NCBI RefSeq assembly: GCF_000143415.4
Contig: NW_003314484.1
Span: 1-39,467, forward strand
Reading direction: 5' to 3'
DNA from: Selaginella moellendorffii
Lineage: Eukaryota > Plantae > Lycopodiophyta
DNA length: 39,467 nucleotides
Shown: positions 1 to 11,488 of the stretch, piece after piece
Layout of the letters: each line of letters opens with the position of its first letter
Position numbering within the stretch: position 1 is the stretch's first letter
Notes under the pieces: model-generated
Told to the model about the DNA's origin: nothing
Seen by the model: only the letters and a program-made list of their open reading frames with translations
Database searches by the model: none
Position numbers and translations under genes: made by a program

Positions 1-23
1 GATTCCAATGCTTGCAGTCTACT

Positions 24-1902
24 CACACTCAGAAGCGATCCGACGTCATGCTCGAAAGGACCCGCCCACTGGATCCGATTAACCGAGCTCGATCAGGTTG
101 GTCAAAACTTGAAACATCTGCACTTGTCTGATGAAGATCCTCGTTGAAGCAGGAGCAGGAGAAACTGATCATGATGCATCCGCGTTGCAGGCTGCTCCTG
201 ACGCTGGTACGAGGAATTCCTTTTGTTGGCTGACACGACTCTTTGCTGGTTTGATTCATGACTTGCAGAATATGTTCGGCAATTCCTCGCAATGGCACAA
301 CGCTTGGAGAGATTCAAGATGCTCTCGGCGAATGTTGTGACCGGGATCGTGGAATCGATCCAAAAGGGAGGGGAGACTCCAGTTGCAGCAGCAGGTGGAT
401 ACAATAATTTGTCTCTTTGGCATCTTTTCGCTTCTGAGTGGCCCCTTGTCTCTCTTGTCCAGGCCGCTTCTGCAGCAGCTACGAAGTGCTCGCTTGTGTT
501 GGCCAGGGGGCGTCCGGGAAAGTATACAAGTGCCGTAGCAAGGAGGACGAACAAATCTACGCCATCAAAGTCATCAAGGTTCGCACAGCAACGAAGTCCA
601 GAGACCAGGATGTCGCGCTCGTCTTCAAGGAGGGAGAGATGCTCCAGCGCTGCGAACACCCCAACATAGTCAAATACTTCGACATGTGGAAGGAGGAAGG
701 CGAGCCGGGCAAGTCGAAAGTGTACATTGTCATGGAGTTTTGTGGCCGCTCGCTCCAGTCGGTGCTCCTCGGGCGGTGAGTCACCACCTGCAGATGCGTT
801 TAGGCAGCTTCTTCAAGCTGTGGCGCATGTGCACGACAACGTGGGTGTTCATCGGGATATAGCACCACACAACATCTTCGTCACAGACGATGGACGCATC
901 AAGCTGGGAGATTTCGGTCTTGGTAGGCAAATGAAACATCTCTTCCATCTCTCATTTGTTGGCTTACAGCTAAAAATAAGGAGTCCATGCTCGAGACCGA
1001 AAATATCAAGAAGGGGAGAGCAGTTTACTACTCTCCCCAGCGCCGGAGCAACTCAACCTACACTGACATGCTTGCGCTTGGAGTTATACTCTTCGAACTT
1101 CATTGGAGGTGTCCCCCGGACCAGGTTTGGCTGCAGTTTGTGCAACGTGCTTGCTTAGTTTGGTGAATCTGTGTAGGAAAGGGAGTCGGTATTGATTGAC
1201 GTCCGGGATGGCGTTTTACCAGCAGACTGGGCGTACCAACACCCATCAATTGCGCCCAAGGTGTTGGAGCTGGTCGCAGCAAGACGCGACCAGCGTCCAT
1301 CCGCGCGCGACATCCTCTGCGATCCTGCCTGGCAATCTGTTTGGTGAGTTTCTTTCATTACTCTGATTCTCTGCTTGGCTTCTAACATGTCTGTTTGCAG
1401 CTGATCGTTGTAGTTGTTTAGATTTACTTGCTCCTTTTTGTCATCTTTGTAGTCTTGGTCTTTTTCAGCATGCTGATTTCGATTCAGAAATATGAATTCG
1501 TTGCCAGTTCATTGCATTTCTGCCAGGCCGAGTTGTTCTCGATCAAGGTTGCTGAACAACTCAAGGGCTTCCGACATTCTTGTAGTCAGGTTCGGTTCAA
1601 GGAACAGGATTGGTAAACAGCACATTGACGGGAGATGCAACAGCGTGGTGTCCACGGCTGGCTTCTTGTAGGGTCCATGCATCTCACCTCAAGTGGGCAG
1701 AGATCGAGTGGAAGCTGGAGAGCTATCCCAATTCTCGGGAGATGCGATGAAGAAAATGGCGGGATTGTTGATTTTTGTAGAGAGAATATTCGCACCTTTG
1801 ACCTGTTGACCTTTTTACAGGGAAACGTTTTCCTACAGGAATGCCGAGTACCTTTTTGACGAGTCTGCAAAATTATAGAAAGAAAGATAAGTTAAACAAT
1901 TA
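24..1902 (+). repeat. Arm 1 of a ~1.9-kb near-identical inverted duplication (partner 24873-26751)
   Basis: Reverse complement matches 24873-26751 with only about four differences noticed (296, 681, 771-773 indel, ~1804), introns included. Confidence 0.95.
131..1404 (+). pseudogene. Stand-alone GCN2/eIF2alpha-kinase-like Ser/Thr kinase, copy A, frameshifted (extra G at 771-773, stop at 777-779)
   Basis: Hand-spliced exons 131-206, 269-394, 463-922, 970-1124, 1177-1343, 1401-1404 with GT..AG introns of 62, 68, 47, 52 and 57 nt. Motifs GQGASG, YAIK, HPNIVKYF, YIVMEFC, HRDIAPHN, DFGLAK, DMLALGVILFEL, RPSARDIL. Reads CTCGGGCGGTGAG versus CTCGGCGGTGAG in copy B, which breaks the frame before HRD/DFG. 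The true start may lie further upstream. Confidence 0.85.
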
Positions 1903-2861
1903 AATGAATCCAAGGAACCTGGAAGTCAAAACAAGAGAGTAACTTCAGAACACTCAAAATCTCACCCCTGCAAGTTCTGTTGGTACAGGGTGAATGAGTT
2001 TCTTTTTGCCCCCTCAAAGCCCCTTTTTTGACGAGTCTGCAAAATTATAGAAAGGAAGAGTCAAATGGAGAGAGAGAGAAATATATATATATATATGAAT
2101 TGATCCAGGTTTCTTGTTTTTTTCATACCTTGAGGAACCAATCGTTAAATTCCACTGATTTCTTTGCATACTTGAATGCAAAGAATAACAAATAATGAAG
2201 CTAGGTGCTTGGTTAGATTGAGGCAAGTTTTCAAATAGCTAGAACAAACTTTAACTCTTTTAAGTTGTTTAGTGTTTAACCATCATGACATCAATCTTAA
2301 AACACGTCCAGAAGTTGGATTTTGTGCCCTCTAGATTAATGATGTTAATTTTAGACTCTTTGTCAGTGTTAATCCTTGTAATTTATAGGATAATATAGAG
2401 TTTCTCAGTTTTATATAGTTTTTCAAATTTTACTTGATACTCTTCCTATGAGGCAAAATAAAGAACTTCATAGTTTTTTATATGAAAACTTTAAAGTTGG
2501 TAGATTAGAGAATATTCTAGAAGATACTTAGATATTTAGGTATATTCTTTATACCTATAAAGCGAAATGTAAAGAAAATCCAAATTAAGAACACTAAAGT
2601 ATTCACAAATGAAAATCACGATTTAAACATTGTACATTAAAACCGTTTTGATCAGCTAATCGCTCAAGTGACCAGCTTAATTTCAATACCAGAATGTGGA
2701 TATTCAGTACCGCGGTTTCTCTGCTGCAAACGAAAACACGTAAAAATACTTGTAGGGCAGGGACAATAACATCGTCCTATTCATCTTCATTGTTTTTGGT
2801 TGACCACCAAACCTAAGTTGGATATAAACAGCTTTTTGCTTTTTCTTGGACTTTCCGAGAA

Positions 2862-3082
2862 TGTGGATCACTATTGGATTTGTATGGCTGGATCGCATCC
2901 CAGTATGCAAATGATCTTGTGCGCCTCATGACACCCAATGCGTGATACACGACTGTCAAGGCGTTTGTGGAGAGTTACTTTGGCTACGACATGACATTTG
3001 GGTGTTGTCGCGGGTGTCTTGGTCGGCTTCCCGGTCTTCTTTGCCTTCATGTTTGCCTAATGTATCAAGTACCAGGAGGTAG
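2862..3082 (+). pseudogene. C-terminal fragment of a PDR-type ABCG transporter
   Basis: Broken-frame translation LYGWIASQY..TVKAFVESYFGY..LGVVAGVLVGFPVFFAFMFA*CIK..RR* matches the typical plant PDR C-terminus; contains stops and frameshifts. Confidence 0.8.
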
Positions 3083-3297
3083 CTCTTTTTTTCCAATCTC
3101 TTTCAGGCTTGGTCAAGCAAAAGTTGTGAGCTCATTACTAGGATGATACACTTTTGAAGCAGAAGAGCTTGAAAACTTGGTGTTCTTTTGGCTTGTTCTA
3201 CCATTTTGTTTTACACAAGACATGCAGGAAATCCTCGAAAGTCACTTCCATAAACTATTGGGGGGAAAATTATAACATATATTACAAAATACAATAG

Positions 3298-3793
3298 TCA
3301 GTTAAACACAACCCATTCATCATCGAATGGATCTGGGACGTACAATTTGCCTTGCTTCTCCACATTGTCCAATATTCCAGCAATGGGTAACTTCGGTAAA
3401 GTCCACACACTTTGGCAGGGCAAGATGGAAAGGGGCTACATCTGCCAAGAAGTCCCGCTTGAAATCCTGAAACCCTACATGGTCAAGATTCTTGACTTTC
3501 ATCCTGTCCTTTAGAACAACACAATTGCCACCATGTAGCCTCCTCTACACAAGCCTCCGAGTAGGATCCAGATGGTCAACCACAAGGTTGACATACTTCT
3601 CCTGGGCGGCACTAAACACCACGATATCGTACACATTTGAAACCTACCCCAGAAATTCATCTACACCTAATCTCTTCATGATGTGGAGTGGTGCATCATT
3701 GTCAAATTCCATGCTGAAATCTACAGAAGAGACGAGATCCTTATGAGCGTATACTAGTGGATTGTCTAGATCGAGAATGAGTGTTTTCTTCAT
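3298..3793 (-). pseudogene. NIF/FCP1-SCP-like (CTD small phosphatase family, HAD) phosphatase pseudogene
   Basis: MKKTLILDLDNPLV... paralog of 27207-27788. TAG at codon 50 (3644-3646), T>P in the DxDxT motif, ~90-nt internal deletion (KR^DFLADV) and a 2-nt frameshift near the 3' end. Confidence 0.9.
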
Positions 3794-4097
3794 GATACCC
3801 TAAAAAATGACTCATATTCCGTGGAAATGTAGAAAAACTTATTCAAATTTTTGTAGAGAGAATATTCACACCTTTGACCATTCACTCACCACAACAGAAC
3901 TTGCAGGGGTGAGCTTTTAAGTGTTCTGAAGCTACTCTCTTGTTTTGACTTCCAGGTTCCATGGATTCAATTCAGAAAGGCCTGTAGGAAAACGTTTCCC
4001 TATAAAAGATCAACAGAGTTTCTTTTTGCCTATGGTGGAACCTCAATGCCAAGTACCTTTTTTTGAGGACTCTGCAAAATCATAGAAAGAAACAAAC

Positions 4098-4102
<5 letters not shown>

Positions 4103-4133
<31 letters not shown>
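4103..4133 (+). repeat. (GA)n microsatellite
   Basis: Direct reading; homologous tracts at ~2068-2096 (GA/TA) and 39127-39142 (TC). Confidence 0.95.
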
Positions 4134-4136
<3 letters not shown>

Positions 4137-4213
4137 TTGATCCATCAATTTTATCTGTCTAGGTTTCTAGTTTCTTCCATACCTCGAGGAACCAATCCTT
4201 AAATTCCATTGAG

Positions 4214-4432
4214 TACTACTCCTCTTTTTAAATAATTTGTTGTACTATTTAAAATACACGANNNNNNNNNNNNNNNNNNNNNNNNNNNNNNNNNNNNNNN
4301 NNNNNNNNNNNNNNNNNNNNNNNNNNNNNNNNNNNNNNNNNNNNNNNNNNNNNNNNNNNNNTTAAATAATTTGTTGTACTATTTAAAATACACTACTCCT
4401 CTTTTTAAATTATTTTTTGTGCTATCTAAAAT
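4214..4432 (+). repeat. ~43-bp AT-rich tandem repeat spanning an assembly gap
   Basis: ACTACTCCTCTTTTTAAATAATTTGTTGTACTATTTAAAATACAC recurs on both sides of the 100-N gap. Confidence 0.7.
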
Positions 4433-4843
4433 ATATCACAATGTATATTCTAATATATTTTTTAACATACTTGAATGCTAAACATAACAACTAATGAGGC
4501 TAGGCACTTGTTTAGATTGAGGCATTTGCATAATGTTAATTGTTAGCTATTGCACTTCAGGACAAATGGTGAGAAATGGTATCCCCACTAGTCTTTAGTT
4601 TTTAAATAGCTAGAACAATGTTTAACTCTCTTAAGTTCTTTTGTGTTTAACCATCAGGCCATCAATCTTAGATGGCTGGATTTTGTGCCCTCTATATTAC
4701 AGAATGAAACCATGAGTGTGGAGGGCTTAATGATGTTAATTTTAAATTTATTTTTAAGGTTTAAATTGGCATTCTGTTACATGTTAGTGTTAATAAGTGT
4801 TAATAGTTTTTCAATATAGATTATTTACATAAGTGATAAGTTA

Positions 4844-5669
4844 GACCAACACATGACAGGTGGAAGAGTCCGAGATGGAGTCCGAGATGGAGTCCGAGAT
4901 GGACCAAGACGGAGTCCGAGATGGAGTCTGAGATGGACCCGAGATGGACCCGAGTTGGACCCGAGTTGGAGTCTGAGATGGAGTCCGAGATGGACCAAGA
5001 CGGAGTTCGAGATGGAGTCTGAGGTGGAGTCCGAGATGGAGTCTGAGATGGAGTCCGAGGTTGAGTCCGAGGTGGAGTTTGAGATGGAGTTCGAGATGGA
5101 CCGAGACGGACTCGAGATGGAGTCTGAGGTGGAGTCTGAGATGGAGTCCGAGATGGAGTCCGAAGTGGAGTCCGAGATGGACCGAGACGGAGTCTGAGAT
5201 GGAGTCCGAGATGGACCGAGATGGAGTTCGAGATGGAGTCCAAGATGGACCAAGACGGAGTCCGAGATGGAGTCCGAGATGGACCTGAGATGGAATCCGA
5301 GATGGAGTCCGAGAAGGACCCGAGATGGAGTCCGAGGTAAGGACCAAGACTAGGACCAAGACCGAGACCGAGACCGAGACCGGGACCGAGACCAAGACCG
5401 AGGCGGAGGCCTAGACCGAGCCCGAGTCCGAGTCCGAGTCCGAGTCCAAGTCCGAGTTCGAGTCCGAGTTTGAGTTCGAGTCTGAGAGGGTGAAAACCCA
5501 AAGCGTTCGTCTCCCAGACCCTGGGGGGTTTGGTGAGCTCCAAAAGTATAGTAGGGGGAGGACTGCAGTGGAGCCAGTTTGGCCAAGAAAGGCCAGTTTG
5601 GCCAAGAAAGGCCAGTTTGGCCTAGGAAGGCCAGACCCAGTGTTGGGTGATGAACTGACCACTGGGAAG
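4844..5669 (+). mobile_element. Left part of an older host LTR (same family as 5670-13245, opposite orientation, truncated by ~200 bp)
   Basis: Reverse complement of 6501-7184, including the GAGATGGAGTCC/CCGAGT array; ends in the GGAAG TSD. Confidence 0.9.
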
Positions 5670-7391
5670 TGTAAGCGACTAATTTTTCCATTCTACTTTA
5701 GTCACTTAACCACACCTCCGACCACTTGGAGGAGTCTCATTCACAACCTCCATAAGTCCCATTCAGGACTTGGGGCTTGCTAGCCCCGAGAATGGCATCC
5801 ATGCCACTCAACCTTTGCACTTGGTCCAAGTGCTCCACGTGTCCGATCCCATGACCGACACCCAAAGGTACCACTGACATCTCGGCCCGTTACGCTAAGG
5901 CCATGCCCATTCACCTTTGCTACGCAAATGGTCCAATACCACTTGCATCACCATCCCGTCTCTCCAAGACTGGGCCATCTGTCTACGAGGGGTCATCCTA
6001 GATCCACTCCTTAGCATCCTTAGGATGCCCACAGACCTGGGGAATCGCCTTCCCCAAAGTCCCTTTGTCAGTTCCTACCAAGTCCCTTTCTGCCCCTGGC
6101 CGTGTTTGCCAACACTGCCACTGGATCGAGGTCCACAGGCCCGACCACTAAGTCCCACGGTCCTCTGGGACTTCCTCACCACACGACTGTGTCCTTGGTC
6201 ACTACCCCAGAGGACTGCTCCTCTTCCTTTCCACAGTCTGGGCCTTTGGGACGACATTTCGGAACACCGTGGCCTTACGCGAGCCACCTGGGTACTCTCC
6301 CCACCTATCGCCTTTAGGTGCTCTAGCCATGGGCTTAGAGCGAGGTTCCGTTGAGCCACGCCTGGTATCCAAGTAGGTAGTGCCACCCACACTTGGACTG
6401 GGAGCATCGGCCAGTCGATCTCCCGGGGGAACTAGAGCCGGCTCTTGAACACTTCACCAAGCTACCCCGCTTGTCGGTCCGTATTCACTCTAGTCTTGGA
6501 CTTCCCAGTGGTCAGTTCATCACCCAACACTGGGTCTGGCCTTCCTGGGCCAAACTGGCCTTTCCTGGCCAAACTGGCTCCACTGCAGTCCTCCCCCTAC
6601 TATACTTTTGGAGCTCACCAAACCCCCCAGGGTCTGGGAGACGAACGCTTTGGGCTTTCACCCTCTCAGGCTCCGGACTCGGACTCGGACTCGGACTCGG
6701 ACTCGGACTCGGACTCGGGCTCGGGCTCGGTCATGGCCTCGGCCTCGGTCTCGGTCTCGGTCCCGATCTCAGTCTCGGTCTCGGTCTCGGTCTCGGTCCC
6801 GGTCTCGGTCTCGACTTCGGACTCCATCTCGAACTGCATCTCGGACTCCATCTCGGACTCCATCTCGGGTCCATCTCAGGTCCATCTCGGACTCCATCTC
6901 GGACTCCATCTCGGGTCCATCTCGGACTCCATCTCGGGCTCCATTTCGGGTCCATCTCGGACTCCATCTCGGACTCCATCTCGGGTCCATCTCGGGTCCA
7001 TCTCGGACTCCATCTCAGACTCCATCTCGGACTCCATCTCGGGTCCATCTCGGACTCCATCTCGGACTCCATTTCGGGTCCATCTCGGGTCCATCTCGGA
7101 CTCCACTTCGGACTCCAACTCGGGTCCACCTCGGACTCCACTTCGGACTCCATCTCGGACACTCCCACGTGTCATGTGTTGGTCCTTTTGGGTCCCTTTT
7201 TGGAGCCTCGCCTTTTGCTCGCTTCGTGCTCGTTCCTCGAGCACTTCGTTGGGAGTTCCACTCCCGCTCTTGACTTTTCAAGTCGGAGCTTTTTGTCCAA
7301 ACGTGTTACGCTCGTTTGGCTCTCGCTTCGGCCACTACCATGTGGCGCCCTTCCGCCTCCACTTTGGGGCCTAGGGATTTTTTGTCTCACA
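5670..7391 (-). repeat. 3' LTR (1722 bp)
   Basis: TG...CA termini; direct repeat of 11504-13245; adjacent to the PPT. Confidence 0.93.
6670..7160 (+). repeat. Intra-LTR minisatellite: (CTCGGA)n, (CTCGGT)n, then 12-mer CATCTCGGACTC / 11-mer CATCTCGGGTC array
   Basis: Direct reading; counterparts at ~12507-13013 and, inverted, ~4868-5485. Confidence 0.95.
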
Positions 7392-7403
7392 ACTCCACCA
7401 CCC
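7392..7403 (-). promoter_or_regulatory. Polypurine tract (GGGTGGTGGAGT)
   Basis: Purine-rich run directly abutting the 3' LTR on the minus strand. Confidence 0.7.
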
Positions 7404-10400
7404 ATAGACGAAGTTCGATGTCCTCATCGAACGGTAAACCATTTTGTAAAGTAACACTCGTATGTGTTACCATTTCCATCCTTGGCACCTAGCCAATATT
7501 TGTCAATGGTTTGACATTGAAGGCTCACCATGCCTTTTGCATATGCCTCAATGGTTTGACACCAAAGGCTCACCATGCCTTGCCTATCCTCTAAGGAGGG
7601 TAGTCTTTCCAACTTAGAGACTGATTGGACCACATGTAGTGGTTCTCTCCTTTTATTGGTTTAGTTCTCGCTAAACCTCTTAGAGACCCTTCTCTAAGTC
7701 AATCCCACTACTCCTTCTTGAGTAGTCTCAATTTCCATCTATTGAATGTTTGCACCTTGGAACTTTTACTCTTTTGACTTTTGGAAGTCAATTTCCTAGG
7801 TGTCTCCAACACCTTGCATTGCACAGATTGTGCAACTCCACTTCCCTATCCTAGGAAGTTCATTACTTGAGGGCACCATCATCCTCTCTTCTATTTCGTG
7901 CCACCTTGGGCACTAAGTTCCATTTATCACACTTTGTGCTAGGGTTGTCCATCGCCCTATTATTTGGCTACCTTACCGCTCCCTCCCTTGGAGCTTCCAC
8001 TTTCACCAAATCGGAGCAATTCGGAATCCCTCCTTGGAAACACACTTCCTTTCCCGCAACTTGTTAGCGTCCAACACATTAGTGTTCCTCGCCTAACTTT
8101 GTCACTTGGATTCCCCCCCAAGGGATTCCACAGCCCTATCTTGGCCACTCATCTTTTGCTCCTATCCGTTGATTGTTGCACCAAGCAACATCGAATCTCT
8201 ACCTCCCTCCTTGAGGTATTGTTTCGGTTCCATAGCAAAGACTCTTCTTTGCCAAGTCCGGAGGATGTTCACCCCTAGTACGTCTCTTTAGCATCTTCTG
8301 CTATGGGCTCTATCCACGGCCCAACTTCGTGACCCTCCCATGGGTCTTTTATAGAGACTACTTTCCTCGGACTCACTATGCCATCTCACGGACATAGTTT
8401 ATTTCCCTTAGGTGCTCTTCCCACTTGGTCATCACGACCAAGCCACACCACCTTAAACAGTTCAATTTCAACATTTTGAACCAGGAACTTCATTCCTTAG
8501 CCAACCAAAGACCTTGTCCTTATCTGGCCATAAGATCACCTAGTGATCTCACCTTGGCACCTTAACAGAGTTGCCAAGAGGTACTTGGTCTTCTAGACCT
8601 CCAAGTTGTTGACTATAACCCCGGGGGCATCCCCCACATTTGGCGGTGCACCCAAGCCAGCCCTTACGGCCAAGGGTTTATAGCAACTGAGATTAGGTGT
8701 CCCCATCTCACTCACCACGACCTTGGTGCCACTTGCACCAAAGCGTTCAAGTTAGATATGTCGAGCTTTCACACTAAGCAATCTAACCGTGCATCACGAC
8801 TCCGAGGCATCCCTCGCTTGGCGGTGTGCCCAAACCAGTCTCCCCACTAAGAGTCCATGACCACCGAAATATGAGTGTCCTCATATTCCAAACCATCACC
8901 ACGCCCTAGTGATTTGGGACTCGAACCCAAGCACTAGAGGGTCGGGACTCGAACCCAACCTCCGTATATGCATCTACGGACGGCATCACACAAGATGCCT
9001 GGCGTGACTCCCCACGCCGGTGCACCAACTTATTTTTAAAGCGCGCTATAGATCACAGCTTAGGAACTTAGTTCCTCCACACTGCCAAGTCCTCTCACTT
9101 GACATGTTTGTGATCATGCATGGACTCCTCCATGCTCGGCCCCATGGCCCACCCTTTTTGAAGTTATCACCTTCAACTAGGGTATTTGTTCCCCCGACGT
9201 GCCAATCTCGCTTGGCAAGTCCTCCGACCACTGTAACATGGTTCCTGCATAAGCGTGAAAGTCCTTGACCATCGACTTTCGTTCAAAGCCCTCTCTTTGA
9301 ACACTCGGGAACTACTTCCCTAACCTTGATAGCCTTGCCTCATGGCAAGCTTCAAGACCACGCTTTTGCTGCGCCACTCTGATTTCGCGCATTCCATAAA
9401 CCATTTACACTTGGCCTTTCTAGGTACTAAGCTACCTAGAATCGTCTTTGGGAACCTTGAAGGAACTCTGTCCCTCAGCTTGCTAAGGCCTCCCTTTTTG
9501 CAAGCCTTCAAAATGCCACATAGTCTAACATGGATAATTCCATATTTTAGACTCTCCATGGCATCACGGTTGCTAGCGGCAACACCCTCGAGCCCCCACT
9601 TGATTCTCCACTCCCAGCTGGCATAACCAACCTTGGTTATGCCCTTTGATTCCTATGGTACGGTTCTATCCCCTTACTTCTTGCTTTTTGGCTTCACACC
9701 TTTCCTTTGGTCATTCTCCTCCAGACCAGGAGGATAGCTTTGCACTTTCTATCACGCTTTAGCAAGTATTCTTAGGGATGAACCTACCCCATAGCCTAGG
9801 GAGTGGTTCCTCAATCCGGGTATGCTCACCTTATAATCCCACACACTGGGATTACATTGTTGCTTATGGGCCTTTACATGCCCATCACTAGCCTTGCCAA
9901 AATTCCATTTTTGGCTTTGTCCAACTCGGGTAGACAGTCCTCTTCTGTCTCCGCAACCTTGGACATTTGGATGGCACCTTCTATCCATCATTCGCTAGGG
10001 ACTTAGTCCCTTGGGCTTTATCCCTTGCCCTCGCGACATCAAACACCACCTTCTGGTGTTCTAGAGTGTCCGGGTGTCCCAATGATGGCTTTCTTGACAA
10101 TGAGTATTTCCTTTTATGACATTGACTTACTATATCACAACACAAGCAACTTATCCCCCGTAAGGGTATATTCAACTTCCTTATGCTATTAAGAAGTCTT
10201 GGGTAGCTACCTTCTACCCGTTTAACCAGTTATTTTGCACCTCTTGCTTAGTTGCCTCATAGTTGTCAAGTCCTACAACTCATTGCTTGGTGCTTTCACA
10301 CCTCCATCATTATCTGGGTCACCACACTCCAACTGCATGCTCTGCAGCTTAGGCTATGCCATTTCCATTTCCATTGGGATTCCTTTGGCAAGGGGTTCTC

Positions 10401-11488
10401 ATGAACCCACCAACATAGCCTCAAGGTATCACACCTTGGCACATTTGGTGTCTCCACACCATCGGCTCCACGAGCCTACCTCTATGACATTTCCCTTTCG
10501 TGTCTAAGTCTTTGCCAAGACCAACACTGCTCTTTCTCATGCCAACCATCCGTTAGCACTGCCCCATAGAGGTCACACACAACTTTATGTCAAAGTTGTT
10601 TTCTTCTGGGAACACCTTTCCCATAACTTTAGCATGGCACATTTTGCCATCAATGAGATACCCTCTGTTCTCATCCTTGGATCCTATGATCCCCCCCCAT
10701 CCTTGGTGGGGTACAACACACCTCAGTCCAAATGCTTCCATCAGTCCTTCTAGGACCATCCCTTGACTCTACTTGAGTCATCCAGCAGTTTTGGACTTGG
10801 TTAATCCACAGACCCGTAAGGTCCTACTTGTGAGGCACTAGCTCACTGGAATACACTTCTTGCATTCCTGTCCTACTCAAAAGGACTATTTTCCCAAGTG
10901 TTACTTCGACACTTGATTTTGTTCTCTGGGGGCAACTTTTGCCCCTTAGCACTACTTGTCTATGCGATGAGAATACCACTCATCTCTAAGTACACCCCCC
11001 AACTCCTTGGGTTGTTCCAGCATTTATTAAAGGTAGCCCCGGCTACCATTTCAAGGACTTGAGTCCTCTTCCGTATTTGACCTTCCACGGTCATTACCTT
11101 TGGTCTCACATTCATGAGCACCAACCTCAACTATATGAGGATAATCTTGTGACTCCTTTATTGTTTTGAAGTCTCTATCTTTCCCGTGATCCCAACTTTA
11201 GTTGTTTACCACAACAACCTTAGCCAATTTGCTAAGACAAATGCTCATCCGGATCACATCCTTAACTCAGTGAGGAAAACTTTGCACTGTTCCCAAGATC
11301 CTAAAGTCGTTCCATTATTGGCCCTTTTCTATCCACCACCTCGTCTACAAATTCACACATGAACTGTAATGGAGAGCCATGTCTTCCCGACTTGCTACTC
11401 CTCAAGGATAGGCCCACTCCTCGGACCTTCCGATGCCAACACTAGTGGTGATACACTTGAGCACCAATAAAAGTCGGACTAAGGAACA

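Larger units (their letters stand above)
3850..4820 (+). repeat. Shuffled copy of the kinase 3'-flank repeat (1772-2430), with locally inverted blocks
   Basis: 3850-3880 matches 1772-1803 (direct). 3893-3970 is the reverse complement of 1905-1983. 3980-4015 is the reverse complement of 1803-1838. 4046-4090 matches 1841-1885. 4465-4750 resembles 2165-2350. Confidence 0.75.

Noticed and set aside
102-659. 185-aa antisense ORF (mirrored at 26115-26672)
   Set aside because: Antisense shadow of the kinase; its conservation merely reflects the recent duplication.
776-793. GTGAGT...CTGCAG micro-intron that might rescue the copy A frameshift
   Set aside because: Only 18 nt, too short, and a multiple of 3, so the frame would stay broken.
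1428-1870. Short ORFs repeated three times (MQTRQKG..., MQQRGVH...)
   Set aside because: No motifs; identity explained by the duplicated 3' flank.
4821-5691. Long ORFs rich in GL, SDSI, RTPS, MESE repeats
   Set aside because: Open in several frames on both strands because the 6/12-bp LTR minisatellite lacks stops; not proteins.
6830-7160. Possible CRISPR-like array
   Set aside because: Contiguous tandem units with no unique spacers, in a eukaryotic LTR.
6393-7454. 353-aa and 309-aa ORFs (also 12227-13266)
   Set aside because: Same LTR minisatellite artefact; frames differ between sister LTRs.
8880-8990. tRNA gene
   Set aside because: Only T-loop-like hairpins; no D-arm or anticodon arm found.
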